The notes under the pieces: model-generated
Database searches by the model: none
Seen by the model: the letters and a program-made list of their open reading frames with translations, nothing else
Told to the model about the DNA's origin: nothing
Shown here: in pieces, positions 47,729 through 57,931 of the stretch
Position numbering within the stretch: position 1 is the first letter of the stretch
Layout: every line of letters starts with the position of its first letter
NCBI GenBank assembly: GCA_965603825.1
Contig: CBFDEM010000025.1
Coordinates: 186,001 to 250,000 of the forward strand
Direction of reading: 5' to 3'
Length of the DNA: 64,000 nucleotides
Origin: Blepharisma stoltei ATCC 30299
Taxonomy: Eukaryota > Protista > Ciliophora
Made by a program: the position numbers and the translations under genes

Positions 47729-48352
47729 ATGAGCAAAAATTTAAAACGTAAAAACATCGACATTTACTCTGAGAGCCGAAAAAGGTTTATGGGGAGTTTA
47801 GCCCGTCTTGATGAAAATACAATTGAAATTCCTCGCCCAGCCCAAAGATCAAAATCCAGCTATCTTATTAAAACTGAAAAGCCTTCGAAAATCGTGGATT
47901 CTATTGTACGCGGCAAGTGCTCTCTAACGCCAATTGTTAATGTATCAAGACAGCAGAAACTTCTTAAGACAAGTCAATGTATTTTGAAAGAATCCAAAGG
48001 TATTGACTCAAATCCCCAAGAAGATCTTGCAGGTATTTTTCAGAAAATAAGCAAAATTCCAGATGCAAAAATTAGGATTGTTGATCCTGCTGTGGATATT
48101 AATTTATCGAAAGAACTTGAAAAAAATTTTGATGAAAGCTTTAAATTATCATCAATTGATATAAAGGAAAAAGAAATGCCAAATAGTCCTGGGACTGAAA
48201 TTAGTCTTGAAACAGAGTGTTGTACTCCTATAGCTTCAATTAAAGTCCCAAAGACTTGCAAAAGGCAAAAGAAAATAAAGCATAAGAGTAAGGTGGAAGA
48301 AGAGCTGAAGCAAAAACATCATAAGGTAATTAATAAAAAAATTGGAAAATAA
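47729..48352 (+). CDS. Hypothetical lysine-rich protein, 207 aa
   Basis: ATG to TAA ORF, no recognisable domain. Confidence 0.6.
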   Translation: MSKNLKRKNIDIYSESRKRFMGSLARLDENTIEIPRPAQRSKSSYLIKTEKPSKIVDSIVRGKCSLTPIVNVSRQQKLLKTSQCILKESKGIDSNPQEDLAGIFQKISKIPDAKIRIVDPAVDINLSKELEKNFDESFKLSSIDIKEKEMPNSPGTEISLETECCTPIASIKVPKTCKRQKKIKHKSKVEEELKQKHHKVINKKIGK

Positions 48353-48516
48353 AAAATGTATGTTGAATTTTTATTTAAATATTTTATTTGATTTCATGCT
48401 CTTTTAATAAATTTTGGCATAAGATTACATTAATTAAATTTAAATAATAAGTGTTTACTTTTTATAAAACAGCAGCAGATAAAAGAGAGAAATACTACTG
48501 AAAGCCAGCGTTAAAT

Positions 48517-49680
48517 TTACACAATTTTAGTAATAAAACAGCAGCAAATGTAATATTTCAATGATTTTTTCTTTTTTTGGGGCTTTACTGAATTAATAGA
48601 TGAGAACTTGCACTCTTCAGGTTTAATTTCTATTGAGCTGCGTTTAGACTCATCTTGAAATGTAAAAAATGACCCTCTATCTATAACTGATGCTGAATTA
48701 TTGGCCATGAAATCAATCGATGAGTTATCTTGAGAAGAGCTGTCATATAAATCTCCAGATATAAAAGGTCTCTCAACTTCTGATTTATCAATAACAGAAA
48801 TTTCATCAATAAAAGACTTACTTTCTTGACAAGATCTTAAAGAATCCTCTGAGTACTTTCTTTGCCTTCTGCTATAAACAGCTTCAAACTTTGGAAGAAA
48901 GAACAAGTTTTGTGTAATTTCTTTCGTTTTTTCATCAAGCGATGACTCTGTAAGCTTTTCAATTGTTTTTTCAGTTGAAAATTCTATTTGCTTATCTTCC
49001 GCCTTTTTCAAGTTTTCTAAATAATTTTTTTCTTCGGTGTCTAAAATATTGTCTTTTTTGCTTCGGGTTACATAAGACTTTATCAATGCTCTAATTCCTT
49101 CTAAATTGCTTTGAGTTTCAATCCTATCATTGTCACTTTTTGGGCTCTGTCCTTTCATAACGGATTGAATGTACTCAGTTGTATATTCCGGCAAATAATC
49201 GTTATCAATAACTGTAGTTACTTGCTGAAGTTCTTCGGACTCGTTGGTTAGAGTTCTTTCTAACTGCGCTATATCGATTGCTTGTCTCAGCTTGGATCCT
49301 TCTTTGAGGTTTTTAAATAATAAAGGCTCTGCTCCAAGAGAAGAATATAATTTAATAAGTTCTTTGGTAAATAAATAGCGAGACTGCAGCCGAGCAGCTT
49401 TGACGGTTTGGATTGTATTTAAGCATTGTTGGTAGTCAAGACTTCATTGCTTTTGAGATTCTTCTAGAAAATCAGCAGCATCTTGCTTTTGTTTTTTTAA
49501 TTTAAGACTCTTGACTGCTAGCCTTGCCTTGCATTGGTCAATCTTTCTTTTAAATATGAGATCTTCTCCTTTATTAATTACTTTTTGCTCTTTAATTAGT
49601 CGTTTGGTTTCATATATTTGTCTTTTAAGAGAGTCAATTACTCTCAAATAAATCTCTGAATCATCATTTGCAGTATCCAT
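48517..49680 (-). CDS. Hypothetical 387-aa protein: N-terminal coiled coil, polybasic plus Cys-cluster tail (likely lipid anchor)
   Basis: Track ORFs joined in frame through TGA 49444-49446; tail KKKKSLKYYICCCFITKIV. Confidence 0.72.
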
Positions 49681-49936
49681 TTTATTTATTCATTAGTCAT
49701 TTTACTTCTTTATTCAATAAGCATTCATAATAATCTTAATTATTTCATTTTTACGTAATTTATTATCACATAAATTGAAAAATAAAAATGCTGATATGAT
49801 AAAAGGGTAAATATCATTAGAAGGATTTTCTTTTGTATTTAGATTTTTTACTAAAAAGCTAAAAAATTATAGATAGTTTATAATAAAATTTTTTGATTTA
49901 AAGTTCTATTAAATTTTATATTAAAAATAATATTAG

Positions 49937-50482
49937 TTATTTTATAGGGCAGAAGTCTTGAGCGTCAGGATTCAGCCTGAGTTTTGGATGGAATTCTGGC
50001 ACATTTGGATCATACAGTGATCTTCTCATTGCACCTTCGCTTATACTTCCCAAAGGTTTTCGAGGCTTGCTTATCAGTTCTTCGATTGACTTTTCTGTTT
50101 CTTTCAGAATAAAAGAAGTAAATTCCAAATCTCTTCTTTTTTCTTCTGGCTTTGAAATCGGTTGAGATTTCAAAACAATATTGTACTTTGCTTCATTTAT
50201 CGGTAAGCAAACAGAGTTGTTGATATTTTCTTTATTTTCCGAAGGTGGAATAGATTGTGCTTTTTTGGTTGGATTTTGTATTTGCAAAGGCTGAATGGCT
50301 TTTCGCTCTACTTTTATTGGCTGAGATGGAGGCTGGATCTTATTTTCCTGGTGCGAAGCAGGAATAGTTTGTGATTTTACAGGCGCTGGAGGAATTTGGG
50401 AGTTTGCCTTAAGATTCGTGCGCCATGTACAATACAAAGCAATAAGAGCAAGCAGGACATAGAAAATAATCGATAAAAGCAT
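49937..50482 (-). CDS. N-terminal TM/signal-anchor protein with two C-terminal PAM2-like motifs, 181 aa
   Basis: MLLSIIFYVLLALIALYCTW; tail SLYDPNVPEFHP and KLRLNPDAQDFCP resemble PAM2 LNPxAxEFxP. Confidence 0.72.
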   Translation of the reverse strand: MLLSIIFYVLLALIALYCTWRTNLKANSQIPPAPVKSQTIPASHQENKIQPPSQPIKVERKAIQPLQIQNPTKKAQSIPPSENKENINNSVCLPINEAKYNIVLKSQPISKPEEKRRDLEFTSFILKETEKSIEELISKPRKPLGSISEGAMRRSLYDPNVPEFHPKLRLNPDAQDFCPIK

Positions 50483-50734
50483 TTTTAAATTTTTAAATAT
50501 GAAAATCTGTTAGAAAATTATGCACAATTTTTAAAAGAAAAATGAAAATTCCATCTCTATAACAACTAAAATTTCTTACATAACCCTGAATACACAATTA
50601 GCAATCTAAGAATTGAAATAAAATCCTTTATCTACCTATTTGCTAGATTTTCAAATTTTCTTAATAAAGACTATCTTTAACCCTACTATTTAATCTTATG
50701 ATTGACTTGAATAATTTAAGTCGCTAACTATCTG

Positions 50735-51583
50735 TTAGTAATTCGAATTTTTAGAATTGTACAATCTAAAAAAGTTTTTTCGAATTTCAATCAACTCGTC
50801 TGAGTTCGGGTAAATCCCCTTAAAATTACTTGCAGTACTTTTTGGAGCTTCGTCAATGGAAACATCAAGAGGAGATGATATATGAATTACACTGGTTTCT
50901 ATAGACTTAGGATTCAGCTTCAATTTTTTGTGAGATACTTGGTGCTTTTTTGATGAATTTTGCTTTTTTTGATACAGTTCTTTATAGGATACATCCAATT
51001 GCAAGTTTGGTCGAATTGGAGCTGAAATTCTGCGATAGTGCCCAGGAGCCAAATGAGGCCTTATTTCTGAGTTGTTATTTATGCTGGCAGACTTGCTTAT
51101 CACTTCATCTACAAATAACGGGACTTCTTTAACGAATTGGCGTTCCTTTGATAGCATTCTCACGCTTTGGTTTAGTTTTTTAAACGATTCCGACGTAGTT
51201 AACTGGCTGCTTAGTCTAACTTTGGTCGGAGAAATTTCAAAATAATGCTGGATCCTTGACTTCGCATGGTCCCTTTCTTTTGGGCTCAAACTTCCATTTG
51301 CCTTATTTCTGCCCAGAAGTTTTACTAACTGTGAAGTGGGGACTTCAAAAGTCCTATGATCAAAAATATACTGATGGAAAATACTCTGAACCTTCTCCCT
51401 ACAAGATGCAGGGACTTTCTCTAAAATGGATTTCTAAGTAGAGGTTACCATGTTTCCAAGATCAATTGTAGCTTCGTCGTTTGGGTTTATTAATCTAATA
51501 AGCTGTAACGTCGTTGGAGCCTGTGAAATCGTGATATTCACGTGTTTTACTTGCCGATGTGAGCTTTGGGAGCGCTTATTCAT
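50735..51583 (-). CDS. Hypothetical 277-aa basic protein; intron 51434-51448
   Basis: ATG 51583, open frame to a 15-nt intron, then continuous into track ORF 50735..51289. Confidence 0.72.
51434..51448 (-). other. 15-nt intron
   Basis: gtaacctctacttag, phase 0, in-frame TAG. Confidence 0.8.
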
Positions 51584-51721
51584 ATTCTTTTATTACAAAT
51601 TTAATCAGTTATTTATTGCGATTTATTTACTTCTCTATCATTTTTTTTGTTCACAAATGGTGCGATCTATCTTGCTTTTGCTTCACCTGTAAGAAAGCAA
51701 TACTGAATTTCCGCAATAATT

Positions 51722-53956
51722 ATGGATAATCCAGACCAAAGCCACAATACTTCGCTTTTGCGAGCAGCTAGCGATGGAGACTACGAAGAACTTTGTGAGC
51801 TTTTATCTGCACACAAAATTGACAAGAATATCCTTAATCAATCTTTATATTTAGCAGTCAGCAGATCTCAGTCCACATCTGATCATCTTCACTGTGTGGA
51901 AGCCCTTTTGAATTCTTCAGCAAATCCCAGTCACAAAGACTCAGGGGTCTCTTTGTTAATGCACGCAGCTAAAATGGGACAAATTCAGTTGGCAGATTTG
52001 TTGATCCGATATGGCGCCCCTGTTGATGATAAAGACAACGAAAGTAGGACGCCTTTGATGTATGTTTGTGAAAGCGACTATGGGGACAACGTTGATGTCG
52101 TTGAGTTGCTTTTGAATTGCAAAGCTCAGGTAGACTCAAAAGATGCTAATGGAAACACTGCGCTTCATAAATGTGGAGAAAGAGGATATGTGAACTCTAT
52201 GAGAGCGCTGCTTGATAGTGCTGCGTTTTTCAATGCGCAGAATAAGGATAAAGACACACCGCTGCATTTTGCTGCACGGTTTGGCCATGAACAGTGTGTG
52301 GAGTTGCTCCTGAAATGGAACGCAAAGATTGATATGAAAAATAATTGTGGGAAAAGCCCGTATGATGAAGCCTCAGAAAATTTGAAATTGCTGTTTTCAC
52401 AGTCATCAGGGACACCATTGACGAAATCTGATATGAGTGAAAATGAAGAAGTCCAGTCAGAATCTAGTGGAGGCTATGAATCCATGCCAGAGGACAAAGA
52501 AGTCCAATGCTGTAATTGTAATGCAAGAATTGCAGAAATATGCAAGTTTTGTTATGATGAAAGTGCAGAAAAAAATGAGATGAAGATAAAGAAAATTGAA
52601 GAATTGAGTGATTTAAGGATAAAAAAAATCGAAGAGCTAAATGCAAAAAATGAGGAACTAGAAAGTGAAATTAAGAAGAAAATTGAAAATTTAGAAATAA
52701 AATCTGGAAAAATTGACCGTTTGAAACAAAAGAATAAAAAACTTCAAGAGATAATAGTGGAAAAAGATAATGAAAGAAAGGAAGAAGTAGAAAAATGTGA
52801 AAAAGCTGCTGAAGATTTAAAAGACGAACTAGAAAGCACCAAAGAACAAATTTTGAATTTAAAGCATTCATTAAAACTGCTGAACCAAGAAAATGAAATG
52901 CTGAGAGATAAGCTTGAAGAAGAGTCCAAAAGTACAGATAAAAATAGCAAAAAAACGAAAAGAAAAGTCACATTCTTTCGAGAAAAAAATAATAATTCAA
53001 CACCCAAGCCTGAGATCATAAGTTTATTGCAAGAAGACATCTGCAACTTTATGCAAGAATGAGAAGCTTGACAGCAAAAACTCGAGCCTATTTTTAACGA
53101 AATTTGCTCAAAAATCAGCATTCTTGTTGAAAAAACTTTTCAAGGGGCAAGACTTGAGCCTTATGGAAGCTTTGTAACAAAAATGCATTTGCCTTCAAGT
53201 GATATTGATATGGTCATCACAAATGTCGAAGGAGACAAAAAAGAATTTTTAAGACTTTTGGAACAGGTGCTACAAAGGCAGTCATACGTAAAGGAAACAG
53301 TTTTAATATCTCTGGCAGTTGTTCCAATAATTAAACTTAAATGTGAATTAAGTGGGAAAACAATACAAATGGATATCACAGTTCAAGATATAAAACACAC
53401 AGGAATTCAATGCTGCTCATTTGTTAACAGAGTGCAAGCGGTGTATGGGAATATCAAACCGATTTTTCTTATTTTAAAGCAATTGTTTTACCTTTGCGGG
53501 TACAAGGAGCCTTATAATGGAGGCTTAAGCAGCTATTCTCTATTTTTAATGGTAGCAAGCTATTTTCAATCACAAAAAGAAAAGTGACGAAAAAGAAATT
53601 CAAATTCAAGCAAAAACTTAGGAGAAATATTTTACCAAATTTTGAAATATTATTCCATTGATTTCCAATATCTCACCCCAATATTTTGTTATGATCCTGA
53701 GAATCCAGCAGAAAACCCTTTCCAATACCCAACAGTAAAAATAATATAGGATCAATTTCACAAGCTTATAGTTGTTGACCCATTAAATAATCTAAACAAT
53801 GTCGCTTATCATACCCAGCTTGATCCAATGATTCAAATATTAAGATTAGCCTTCATGCATTTAAATCGATCGATTAATTGTAATTGCTCTGAATCGCGGA
53901 GTCCTTTATACAAGATGTTCTTTGATACTAAGCAATATTTCAACCTTTTAGCATAG
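51722..53956 (+). CDS. Ankyrin repeat + Cys-cluster + coiled coil + TRF4/PAPD5-type non-canonical poly(A) polymerase (Pol-beta nucleotidyltransferase), 739 aa; intron 53735-53749
   Basis: About 6 ankyrin repeats (RTPLMY, NTALH, DTPLHFAA); CCNC...CKFC; PYGSFVTKMHLPSSDIDMV, VPIIKL, QMDIT, GGLSSYSL, LIVVDPLNNLNNVA; TGA 53060, 53069, 53585; TAG stop 53954-53956. Confidence 0.86.
53735..53749 (+). other. 15-nt intron
   Basis: gtaaaaataatatag, phase 0; removal brings the PAP-associated DP..N.NNV motif into the protein. Confidence 0.85.
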
Positions 53957-54188
53957 ATGTATTTAATTCAAATGTTCAAATAATTTTGAAGTTTTCAAAA
54001 ACGTTTTTCGATAAATAAAGTTTTATTAAACTTAATAGGTTATTACAAATAGAGCACATTCTTGCAAGAAATTAAATAATACATGATAATTTTTATTAGG
54101 ATTTGTAAGATTTTGTTGAATGTTATTAAATTATTTCATTTATTTGAAGGTGAAAATTAATTTATTTGTCAATTAAATTTAACTTCTC

Positions 54189-56183
54189 ATGGCAGAAACT
54201 TATTCAACAAGAGAGCTGGAATGGTTTAACTTAGAAACAAGAATGAGAGACCTACTCCACGAACAGCTCTCTAGTATTGGAGTAAAAGCTGTGAAAGACA
54301 GAGAATCTCAAACTCAACTGAAAATTACAACTATGCAACTTGAAAAAAGGATTGAAGAGCTCGAAAAAGCAGTTTTAGGAAGCAATTCTCCTGAATCAGC
54401 TTATTTTACTATGAATTCCAAAATTGCTGAAATTGAAGGCTGTAGAAAACAAGACATTGTTAAGTTCGATCAAGAATTTGCAACATCAAAAGAAAAACTC
54501 AGGTTTTTCCATTCTCAGCTTTCTGGCTTTCAAGAAACAGTTAAGCATTTAGAAGACATGAATGAAAAAATGAACTTAGATATGCAGCAACTGAAAATAC
54601 TTATAGAGGATAACAAAACATTGATTCTTGGAGAAATAGGCTCGCTAACCGACAGCTTTAAAGAACTGAATAAAACTTATGTTGAAATTGCCAAAAAAGC
54701 TGACGAAAGATCAATACAAGCTTTGCATTCAATCAGCACACAAGCAATAGATCTAAAAAAACAAGAACAAATGATCCAAGCATCTAAAATAGAATACCTG
54801 AATTTATCTAATTTTTTAAGAGAACTACAAGTAGCAAAAGTAGAAAATAAAGAATTCGAAGATGAAAGAGCTAAAACTGAAGAGAGGTTTAAGAAACTTG
54901 AAGTAGGGATAACTGGCATTAAAGGTGATATAGAAAAAAGAGATATTTTTATTGAGAAGTTTTTACCAATAAATGTTGCTGCATATGTCTCAGACGTCCT
55001 TTACAATATTGTAGACCCGCCAACAAGAAGAAAGCTAGCTGAATTTGAAAACTTCAAATTAAGAGAGCTGCATAATGATGCTCTAGACTGTAAAATTCCA
55101 GACCCAATAGACACAGCTGTATCAAATATATTAGAAAATTTCAAACATGTAGAACAAAGGAAAATGGAAACTCTTGCTGAGAAAAAAAATAGAAAATGGG
55201 ACAGAAGCTCCTCAATTAAATCTGGGCTCAGCGAAACCACTGGGCATAGTCATAAAGAATCCAATGGACATATCACCACAACGCAGCTTTCTGCTATTGA
55301 AGAATATTCCCCTTACAACAGAGAAAGAATTGCTGAAGACATGCATGGGACATTTGAAAAAATGCTAGAAGAACAAATTGGATTAGCTGAATACAAGCTC
55401 AGGCAAGAAATTAACGAAAAAACCACAACTATAAAAGCGTCATTGAAATCAAGCACCGATGAATGCATGCTATTTATCCAACAAGTATTGGGTGATGTAG
55501 AAGCATTAGATGAAAGGACAAAAAAAGAAAAACTAGAAACGATTTTGGAGAATTCTGAGCTGAAAAAAGAAGCTGAAGAGCTTAAAAAAGAATCAAGTGG
55601 TTTAAGGAATTCTTTGCATAGCCTTGTACAGATGGTTGTATGCCTTGTAGAAAATGCTCAAATCGAACAAGCATTGGCTGCTCAAGACGAAGAAGATAGG
55701 CATGGGACTGTCCAAAATCTAGAAAAAGAGCTGTCTAGTGAGCTTGCTTTAGCAAAGCCAAAAATGACTCCAGAGCCTCTGCCTCAGTCTACTTTGCCTT
55801 CTGCAAATTTTACGTTTCAAAAAAAATGTCTCGCTTGTGGAGGCGCTACTTCAATTTTATCAGGAATTAGAACTGCCATGACTTATAGACCAACACCTCT
55901 TTATTACAGAAATAAAAAGTTCAATAGACTTGAGCTGATTGAGCTCAAAGGAAAAATGCTAAAAAATTGCTGGGACTCTGTGTCTGAAAACCTGCCTTGG
56001 AAGCAAAATGATCTTGAATCTATAATAGCTGAGGCCACAGATGTTCTTAAGCAGACAGAGATGTCTAGTGAAATTTCAAGACCAATCACATCTCAAACTA
56101 CAAGAGATAAAGGCTCCCGTATAGCTCCGCTTTTGCGGTCGAAAACCCCGCACAAAGGAAGGAAATATAAAGCTCTTTTGTAA
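54189..56183 (+). CDS. Long coiled-coil hypothetical protein with C-terminal CLACG motif, 664 aa
   Basis: Uninterrupted ORF with heptad pattern; QDEEDR...KKCLACG...YRPTPLYYR. Confidence 0.8.
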   Translation: MAETYSTRELEWFNLETRMRDLLHEQLSSIGVKAVKDRESQTQLKITTMQLEKRIEELEKAVLGSNSPESAYFTMNSKIAEIEGCRKQDIVKFDQEFATSKEKLRFFHSQLSGFQETVKHLEDMNEKMNLDMQQLKILIEDNKTLILGEIGSLTDSFKELNKTYVEIAKKADERSIQALHSISTQAIDLKKQEQMIQASKIEYLNLSNFLRELQVAKVENKEFEDERAKTEERFKKLEVGITGIKGDIEKRDIFIEKFLPINVAAYVSDVLYNIVDPPTRRKLAEFENFKLRELHNDALDCKIPDPIDTAVSNILENFKHVEQRKMETLAEKKNRKWDRSSSIKSGLSETTGHSHKESNGHITTTQLSAIEEYSPYNRERIAEDMHGTFEKMLEEQIGLAEYKLRQEINEKTTTIKASLKSSTDECMLFIQQVLGDVEALDERTKKEKLETILENSELKKEAEELKKESSGLRNSLHSLVQMVVCLVENAQIEQALAAQDEEDRHGTVQNLEKELSSELALAKPKMTPEPLPQSTLPSANFTFQKKCLACGGATSILSGIRTAMTYRPTPLYYRNKKFNRLELIELKGKMLKNCWDSVSENLPWKQNDLESIIAEATDVLKQTEMSSEISRPITSQTTRDKGSRIAPLLRSKTPHKGRKYKALL

Positions 56184-56239
56184 CTTCTTTATTATTTTAT
56201 ATTTTTAATAACAGTTAGTGTATTTCTTAAAAATATTTT

Positions 56240-56680
56240 ATGACAAAGCTGTCTTTAGCAACGATATTGTCATATTTAGGCACATTTTGACTGGGGATTT
56301 TATGCTGCCAAGCGACAGTTAGTCTTGCGGCTAGCTTATATGCCCTTTTATCTTCTTCTAATGATTGTGAGGATCCTGTAAGAGCATGGCTAATCGTTCA
56401 AGCAAGTGTGATACCTGGACTGTTATTGATTTATTTATTCACCAAAAGGATTGGACTTGCTTTTTGGATATTATTTTGTGTTACTTGGGCTGCATTAGGC
56501 ACTTCATGGGCCATTGATGGAGATTGCAGTGATGATTATCCTGAAGGATACACTGCAGCTGGAGTTTTAATAATTACTGATTATACACTTTTAGGCTTTG
56601 TAGTTGCTGCTGGATGTGTGTTCGGAATATCGGTTTGTATTGGCCAAGGGCTGCTTTCAGAGTATGAGGAGGTTAAGTAA
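56240..56680 (+). CDS. Small multi-TM membrane protein (TMEM272-like CxxPxxxWL pattern), 146 aa
   Basis: ATG 56240, TGA 56288-56290 read through, about 4 hydrophobic helices, NDCEDPVRAWLIV. Confidence 0.72.
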
Positions 56681-56787
56681 AGCTATTCATAATTAAATGC
56701 ATTTTCAATAGTTATTTCATAAAAATTCAAATTCGAAATATAATAAGACGTAAATTCATTTAAAATTTAATTATTTTCTAAGGAAAT

Positions 56788-57867
56788 ATGGCTAGAAGAC
56801 CAAGGCTCTATGCAGATATAAATGCTCAGCTAGGACCTGAACATTCTGATTATGAGAACCTCACAATTCGATGGGGACAGCAAGACAACTACGAAATCAT
56901 CAGGAAGATTGGTCATGGTAAATATTCAGAAGTTTTTGATGGAATTAATTCAGCGACTGATGAAAAAGTTGTGATAAAGATTCTCAAGCCAGTAAAAAAA
57001 GCCAAAATCAAGCGAGAAATCAAAATTCTTCAAAACCTTCAAGGAGGCCCAAACATCGTGCGTCTCCTCGACATAGTGAGAGATCCAGCCTCAAAGACTC
57101 CTTCCCTTATTTTTGAGCATGTAAATAATTTCAATTTCAAGCAGCTTTACCCACAACTGACTGACTTTGAGGTTCGTTACTATATTTTTGAGCTTCTAAA
57201 AGCTTTGGATTTTTGCCATTCCTTAGGAATTATGCATAGAGATGTAAAGCCTCACAATGTCATGATTGACCATGAAAAGCGGCTTGTGAGACTCATTGAT
57301 TGGGGTTTAGCTGAGTTTTATCACCCTAAGACTGAGCTGAACGTAAGAGTGGCATCAAGGTACTTTAAAGGTCCAGAGCTATTAGTAGATGACCAATTAT
57401 ATGACTACTCCCTTGACATGTGGAGCTTAGGAGCAATGTTTGCTGGAATGATATTTATGAAGGAGCCTTTTTTCCATGGCCACGACAATATGGACCAACT
57501 GGTGAAAATTGCTAAAGTTTTAGGGACAAATGAGTTGTATAGATATTTAGCGAAATACGAAATCGAGCTTGACCCTCAGCTTGAAGGAATGGTGGGAAGG
57601 CATGAAAAACAGCCATGGCAAAAATTTGTGAATAGTAAAAATTCGCACTTAGCTAACCCTCTTGCGATTGATTTTCTGTCTCATTTATTAAAATATAACC
57701 CGAATGAAAGGATTTTGCCAAAAGAAGCAATAGATCATCCTTATTTTGTCCCAGTAAAAGAAATGTGGAGCCAGCTGGAAAGCAAAAACCTATCAATTCA
57801 GCCAGGAAATCCTGCTTATGAAACAGCTATCATATTGAAAAACAGGATTGACAGAGGCTTAAATTAA
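56788..57867 (+). CDS. CSNK2A1: Casein kinase II alpha catalytic subunit, 359 aa
   Basis: [56 protein letters not shown]. Confidence 0.96.
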   Translation: MARRPRLYADINAQLGPEHSDYENLTIRWGQQDNYEIIRKIGHGKYSEVFDGINSATDEKVVIKILKPVKKAKIKREIKILQNLQGGPNIVRLLDIVRDPASKTPSLIFEHVNNFNFKQLYPQLTDFEVRYYIFELLKALDFCHSLGIMHRDVKPHNVMIDHEKRLVRLIDWGLAEFYHPKTELNVRVASRYFKGPELLVDDQLYDYSLDMWSLGAMFAGMIFMKEPFFHGHDNMDQLVKIAKVLGTNELYRYLAKYEIELDPQLEGMVGRHEKQPWQKFVNSKNSHLANPLAIDFLSHLLKYNPNERILPKEAIDHPYFVPVKEMWSQLESKNLSIQPGNPAYETAIILKNRIDRGLN

Positions 57868-57931
57868 ATAAACCATTAACTAATAGTGCCATTTCTACCA
57901 TTTTAATAAAATAAAGCGTCTAATTCTGTTA

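Noticed and set aside
51450-51692. 80-aa plus-strand track ORF upstream of the ankyrin gene
   Set aside because: It is antisense to exon 1 of the 50735..51583 gene and runs through the divergent spacer
163-56680. In-frame TGAs as nonsense mutations (pseudogenes) or selenocysteine
   Set aside because: They occur in essential intact genes such as TAF1, fall on conserved Trp rather than Cys columns, are never TAA/TAG outside introns, and the 3' spacers are too short for SECIS elements
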